38,512 nucleotides of DNA, taken from Actinomycetota bacterium (GTDB lineage: Bacteria > Actinomycetota > CADDZG01 > JAHWKV01 > JAOPZY01). The stretch's first letter is position 1. Each line of letters starts with the position of its first letter. Location: the NCBI GenBank assembly GCA_025963875.1, contig JAOPZY010000051.1:1-38512 (forward strand). Direction: 5' to 3'. The notes under the pieces were generated by a model. The model was not told the origin of the DNA. It made no database searches and saw only the letters and a list, made by a program, of their open reading frames with translations. Both the position numbers and the translations under genes were made by a program. Positions 34,536 to 38,512 of this stretch are shown one piece after another.

Positions 34536-35728
34536 GAAGGTCTGCCGGCATAGAGTTCGGCCGCCGCCCCCACCCCGGTGCCCAGGCTGACCGGGATGCC
34601 GGCGTCGCGCATGGCCATCTCGACCCCTGCCAGCGCGCCCAGGACCATCAGCTCGTTGAGGTCGCCCATGTGCCCGATGCGGAACAGCTTGCCGGCGACC
34701 CGGCCGAGCCCCCCGCCCAGAGAGAGGTTGTACCGGCGGAAGGCGATGTCGACGACCTCGGCCCCGTCGGTGCCCTCGGGCACCACGACGGCGGTGACGC
34801 TGTCCGAGACCCACTCGGGGCGCCGGGCGCAGGTGGTGAGGCCCCATGCGGCGACGGCCGCCCGCACGCCCTCGGCGAGGCGGTGGTGGCGGGCGAAGAC
34901 GTTGTCGAGGCCCTCCTCGAAGAGGATGTCCAGCGACTCCCGGAGCCCGAAGAGCAGCGAGAGCGCCGGGGTGTAGGGGAAGTAGCCGCCGGCGTTGGCC
35001 CTGGCCATGTCACCGAAGTCGAAGAAGGAACGGGTGCACCTGGCGTCCGCCGTCGCCGACAGGGCCTTCTCGCTGGCGCAGACGATGCCGAGGCCCGCGG
35101 GGAGCCCCAGGCCCTTCTGCGACCCCGTGATCACGAGGTCGACTCCCCACCCGTCGAATTCGAATGGGATGGAGGCGAGGGAGCTGACCGCATCGACGTA
35201 CAGGAGGGCGGGATGCCCTGCAGCGTCGATGGCCCGGCGGATGGCGGCCACGTCGCTGGTCACGCCGGTGGCCGTCTCGTTGTGGACCACGAGCACACCC
35301 TTGATCTCGTGGGCGGCGTCCGCGCGCAGCGCCTCCTCGACCCGGTCGGGCGGCGCAGCCTCCCCCCACTCGACGTCGATGACGTCCACGGCGAGGCCGT
35401 GCCGGCGGGCGCTCTCTGCGAATCCCTCGCTGAAGTGGCCGTTGCGCACCGCCAGGAGGCGGTCGCCCGGTGAGCGGGTGTTCACCAGGGACGCCTCCCA
35501 GCCACCGGTTCCGGTGGCGGCGAAGACGAAGACCTGCCCACCGGCCGTCCGGAACACACCCTTGAGGTCCTCCAGCAGCGGCCGGACGAAGCCGGGGAAT
35601 GCCGAGGAGCGGTGGTCCTCCATCGGCCGGTCCATCGCCCGGAGCACGCGGTCGGAGACGTTCGTCGGCCCGGGTACGAAGAGGAAATGCCGCCCGGGCA
35701 GATGGGCAAGGGAGTCGGGCAGGGCCAT
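34532..35728 (-). CDS. Serine/alanine-glyoxylate aminotransferase (class V PLP enzyme)
   Basis: FVPGPTNV, EDHRS, TGTGGWE, HNETATGV, VDAVSS, GSQKGL (PLP Lys), FRIGHMG; TACAAT 6 nt before ATG 35728. Confidence 0.92.
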   Translation of the reverse strand: MALPDSLAHLPGRHFLFVPGPTNVSDRVLRAMDRPMEDHRSSAFPGFVRPLLEDLKGVFRTAGGQVFVFAATGTGGWEASLVNTRSPGDRLLAVRNGHFSEGFAESARRHGLAVDVIDVEWGEAAPPDRVEEALRADAAHEIKGVLVVHNETATGVTSDVAAIRRAIDAAGHPALLYVDAVSSLASIPFEFDGWGVDLVITGSQKGLGLPAGLGIVCASEKALSATADARCTRSFFDFGDMARANAGGYFPYTPALSLLFGLRESLDILFEEGLDNVFARHHRLAEGVRAAVAAWGLTTCARRPEWVSDSVTAVVVPEGTDGAEVVDIAFRRYNLSLGGGLGRVAGKLFRIGHMGDLNELMVLGALAGVEMAMRDAGIPVSLGTGVGAAAELYAGRPS

Positions 35729-35760
35729 CGAGCGATTGTAGTGCGCCGAGCGATCGGTCC

Positions 35761-36189
35761 CTATTCCGCCCTGAAGGCGTAGATGTAGGACTCCTCGAGC
35801 TTGTCGGGCGCCCCCCCGACGCCGACCACATCGCGATCGACCTTGATCACGTGGTCGCCGGGCTTCAGGGTGACGGGTCCTTCGCCGGAGATGTAGTGCA
35901 GCAGGCCGGGTGACTTGTGGGCGTAGGCCGTCACGTCGGTCCCGTCGATGGTGAGCCGGGTGTACTCGGGAGGTGTGAGGCGGTCCCGGATGTCCACCGC
36001 CATGACGCCGGAGTCGGTCGAGCCCGGGATCGGGACGACGGTGACGAGCCAGGACGGTATCGGGGGCTGCGTTGGGAGGGCTGCCGCGGCCTTGGGATGG
36101 GTCTTGTGGCACGCGGGGGCCAGGAGCACCAGCGCGAGGACGGCGACCACAAAGCGCGGAACAGTGCGTCCGCGGGAGGGCGACAACAT
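35761..36189 (-). CDS. Small lipoprotein with Ig-like beta-rich domain
   Basis: Signal peptide ending LAPA-C; LTIDGTDVT...L.PG.H.I.V beta-sandwich pattern; start approximate. Confidence 0.7.
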   Translation of the reverse strand: MLSPSRGRTVPRFVVAVLALVLLAPACHKTHPKAAAALPTQPPIPSWLVTVVPIPGSTDSGVMAVDIRDRLTPPEYTRLTIDGTDVTAYAHKSPGLLHYISGEGPVTLKPGDHVIKVDRDVVGVGGAPDKLEESYIYAFRAE

Positions 36190-36196
36190 AGAGCTC

Positions 36197-38512
36197 TCAC
36201 CTCTGATTGACGGTGCCACGAACCGTATCCGGCTGGTCGGACCGGGAGACCACGCGTTTGCGTAGAGACGCTCCGAGGGGCGACGCTGCCGCCATGAGCA
36301 GGACGGCCGCCAGGGTGCCGAGCGTGATCAGGAAGCCCGTGCGGAGGCCGGGCGCCCGGTAGGCGAGCTCCACCCGGTGGGATCCGGCGGGGACCGGGAC
36401 CCCCTGGACCAGGCCGTCGACGCGCACCACCGCAACGACGTGCCCGTCGATCAGCGCCTCCCACCCGGGGCTCCAGGCCTGGCTGAGCACGAGCATCGCG
36501 GGCCGGGCGGCATCCACGGTGACCCCCGCACCATTCAAGCCCCACGCCACGGGGCCGGCCGTCCCCGCCGCCCCTGGTGCTCCAGTTGGGCACCGGGCGC
36601 ACGGCCGGTCGAGCAGTGCCACCGAAGCAGGGTCGAAGGGTGAGATTCCGTGGATGTCGCCGGTGGCCGACGCGAGGTTCGTCCTCGACGTGGAGCCCAC
36701 GAGGAACGCCTCGGGCAGTTTCGGCTGGTACTCGTAGCGCGTGAGACCGCCGGCGGGGCGCCCGTTCACCAGCAGCGCGGATGGACCCGGACCTCCCCGG
36801 GCCAGGTCGGGTCTGAGCACCACGGTCGTGACCCTGAGCAGGTCCAGGACGTGGCTCGTTGGGCGCCACAGGTCCTCGGTGAACAGGACCAATCCCGCGT
36901 CGGTCATCCCGATGGCCTCCGAGTAGTCCTTGGCCATCAGGACGTTGTCGGCGTTGACCGAGCGCAGACGTTTGGCGTCGGTGACGTCGACGAAGTCCAG
37001 GCCGATGGGCCGGGCGTCAGCGCCGATGTAGAGGTACCGGCCGATCCCCCCCGGTGCGCTGGCGACACCTCCCCAGGGGGTGGCCGGCGCTGCGATGTCC
37101 TGCCGGTAGGCCGCGGCCGTGGGGCCGACCTGGCGCCATTCGTAGAAGCCCCCGAACGAGAAGAAGAGGTCGGCGGCCACCAGTGCCACGAGGAGGAGCG
37201 CGCCGGCCCGGGTGCGGATCAGGCCGGCGGCACCGATGACCGCGGCGAGCGCGAAGGCGCAGGGGATCACGAGAGCGGCGGCAACCGGCTTTCCGCCCGG
37301 CACCAGGGGGGACACGCCGGGGAGGTGGGGCAACCAGAGAGCTGCGACCACCGCGCCCGCTCCCGCCGCCACGGCGAGGGCCGTTGCGAGGCGCCGCTGC
37401 TGGCGCGTGCCGCTGCGGAGTATCTTCACGCCGTATGCCCCGAGCATCGCCACCGCCAGGTCGACGCCGTAGATGTAGCGGCCCCAGGCGCGGAACTGAC
37501 CGTAGATCGGCAGGCGGAACACGACCCTGCTGAGGGGTGTCGCCGGACCGATGGCCATCACGAGGCAGAAGGCCCCGACGGCTACGAGCGCCCGCGCCCT
37601 GCGGTCGGCCCTCAATGCCACGATCCCCGCGAAGGCCAGCACGAGCAACGACAGGCCGGGATACCCGCTCAGCTCGGTGAGGCTGAAAACTCCGCCGTAG
37701 GTGGATGCGTAGGGCCCTCCGGGAAGCGTCTTTCCGAACAGGTACGGGAAGAGGAGCATCGGCAGCTGGCGGACCGGGAGAGAGAAGGTCATGGCGCCGG
37801 CATACGACAGGTCGTGGCGGACGCTCGCTTGCGCGACGAGCGCCGTCGGAAGGAGCTGCACCGCCGAGAGGCCGAGGCCCGTCGCCACGACCAGCAGGGC
37901 GAGCAATCCAGAGCGGACGGGCCGGTCGGGTTTGCCCAGGAGGGCAGAGGCGGCAACGTACACGCCCAGGACCAGCAGGTCCATGAAGAAGATCTGGCTG
38001 TGCCCCGAGAAAGCGGCAAGCGCCACGGCCGCTGCCGGGACGAGCAGACGCCAAGGACTGAATCGGTCGCGCACGAGCTCGTAGCCGTAGAGCATCCACG
38101 GAAGCCACGCGGCGCCGGCGATGATGGTCTGGTGCCCGATGTGCGCGAAGAAGAACGAGCACAGCCCGAAGCCCAGTCCGCCCACCGCGGCCGCCACCCC
38201 ATCCCCCGTGAGGCGCCGAGCCAGCAGCCATGCCCCGAGGCCGGCGATCACGAAGGTGACGACGATGGTGAGGTTGTTGGCGAGGGTGGGCGTGAGCACC
38301 AGGAAGAGCAGGTTGGGGGGGTACAGCGTGCCCGCCTGGCCGCTGGCGAGCAGCGGCATCCCGGCCTGGGCCCACGGGTTCCAGGTGGGCAGGTGCCCGC
38401 TCAGCCACGACCGGGCCGACACGATGAACCAGGGGATGAAGAGCTGGGCCCCGTCGCCCGGCGCGTAGAGCGAGGGCCCGGCGATGCCACGGATGAAGAC
38501 CACGAGAGGAGC
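36197..38512 (-). CDS. YfhO-family polytopic membrane protein (GT-C-like), 5' end beyond window
   Basis: LPTWNPW..AG.PL.A..Q.G.LYP, many TM helices, QLLPT, C-terminal LSQAWSPGW.A.IDG...GV.VPAG.H.V.L.Y. Confidence 0.85.
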   Translation of the reverse strand, partial: APLVVFIRGIAGPSLYAPGDGAQLFIPWFIVSARSWLSGHLPTWNPWAQAGMPLLASGQAGTLYPPNLLFLVLTPTLANNLTIVVTFVIAGLGAWLLARRLTGDGVAAAVGGLGFGLCSFFFAHIGHQTIIAGAAWLPWMLYGYELVRDRFSPWRLLVPAAAVALAAFSGHSQIFFMDLLVLGVYVAASALLGKPDRPVRSGLLALLVVATGLGLSAVQLLPTALVAQASVRHDLSYAGAMTFSLPVRQLPMLLFPYLFGKTLPGGPYASTYGGVFSLTELSGYPGLSLLVLAFAGIVALRADRRARALVAVGAFCLVMAIGPATPLSRVVFRLPIYGQFRAWGRYIYGVDLAVAMLGAYGVKILRSGTRQQRRLATALAVAAGAGAVVAALWLPHLPGVSPLVPGGKPVAAALVIPCAFALAAVIGAAGLIRTRAGALLLVALVAADLFFSFGGFYEWRQVGPTAAAYRQDIAAPATPWGGVASAPGGIGRYLYIGADARPIGLDFVDVTDAKRLRSVNADNVLMAKDYSEAIGMTDAGLVLFTEDLWRPTSHVLDLLRVTTVVLRPDLARGGPGPSALLVNGRPAGGLTRYEYQPKLPEAFLVGSTSRTNLASATGDIHGISPFDPASVALLDRPCARCPTGAPGAAGTAGPVAWGLNGAGVTVDAARPAMLVLSQAWSPGWEALIDGHVVAVVRVDGLVQGVPVPAGSHRVELAYRAPGLRTGFLITLGTLAAVLLMAAASPLGASLRKRVVSRSDQPDTVRGTVNQR

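Noticed and set aside
34532..35728. Methylotrophic serine-cycle locus
   Set aside because: No hydroxypyruvate reductase or other C1 genes in the window; the aminotransferase alone is not diagnostic
1..38512. CRISPR arrays, tRNA/rRNA genes, IS transposases
   Set aside because: No regularly spaced repeats, cloverleaf or rRNA signatures, or DDE/HUH transposase ORFs seen

Overview
High-GC (about 70% by eye) bacterial chromosome window with actinobacterial-type gene content and several apparently leaderless genes. It holds about 38 densely packed genes: a glgX(treX)-treY-treZ trehalose/glycogen operon, glgC, a sulfurtransferase/SufE pair, a stand-alone NuoF-like flavoprotein, a MarP-type protease, an LprG-like lipoprotein/P55-like MFS pair, an NfeD-flotillin-PspA operon, an orphan DNA methyltransferase, an ArsR-SRPBCC pair, a serine-glyoxylate aminotransferase and a partial YfhO-like gene. 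I saw no rRNA, tRNA, CRISPR array or transposase. Most interesting signals: (1) an unannotated 35-aa single-TM peptide gene at 11733-11840 with its own promoter, a 3' region complementary to its Shine-Dalgarno leader and competing hairpins, i.e. a candidate type I toxin-antitoxin or attenuator locus; (2) an orphan protein at 16316-17587 with an eCIS-cargo-like 'LQxSAGNxAV' leader and TIKI/EreA/RRSP-like metallopeptidase motifs; (3) two copies, 25.7 kb apart, of a GTAG-footed REP-like palindrome with compensatory stem changes, plus other perfect palindromes, one next to a DUF559 remnant; (4) a flavin monooxygenase split by a TGA at a Trp position; (5) adjacent apparently catalytically dead HicA-like and CHAP-like proteins. 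All family calls come from motif recognition by eye; no searches were run.
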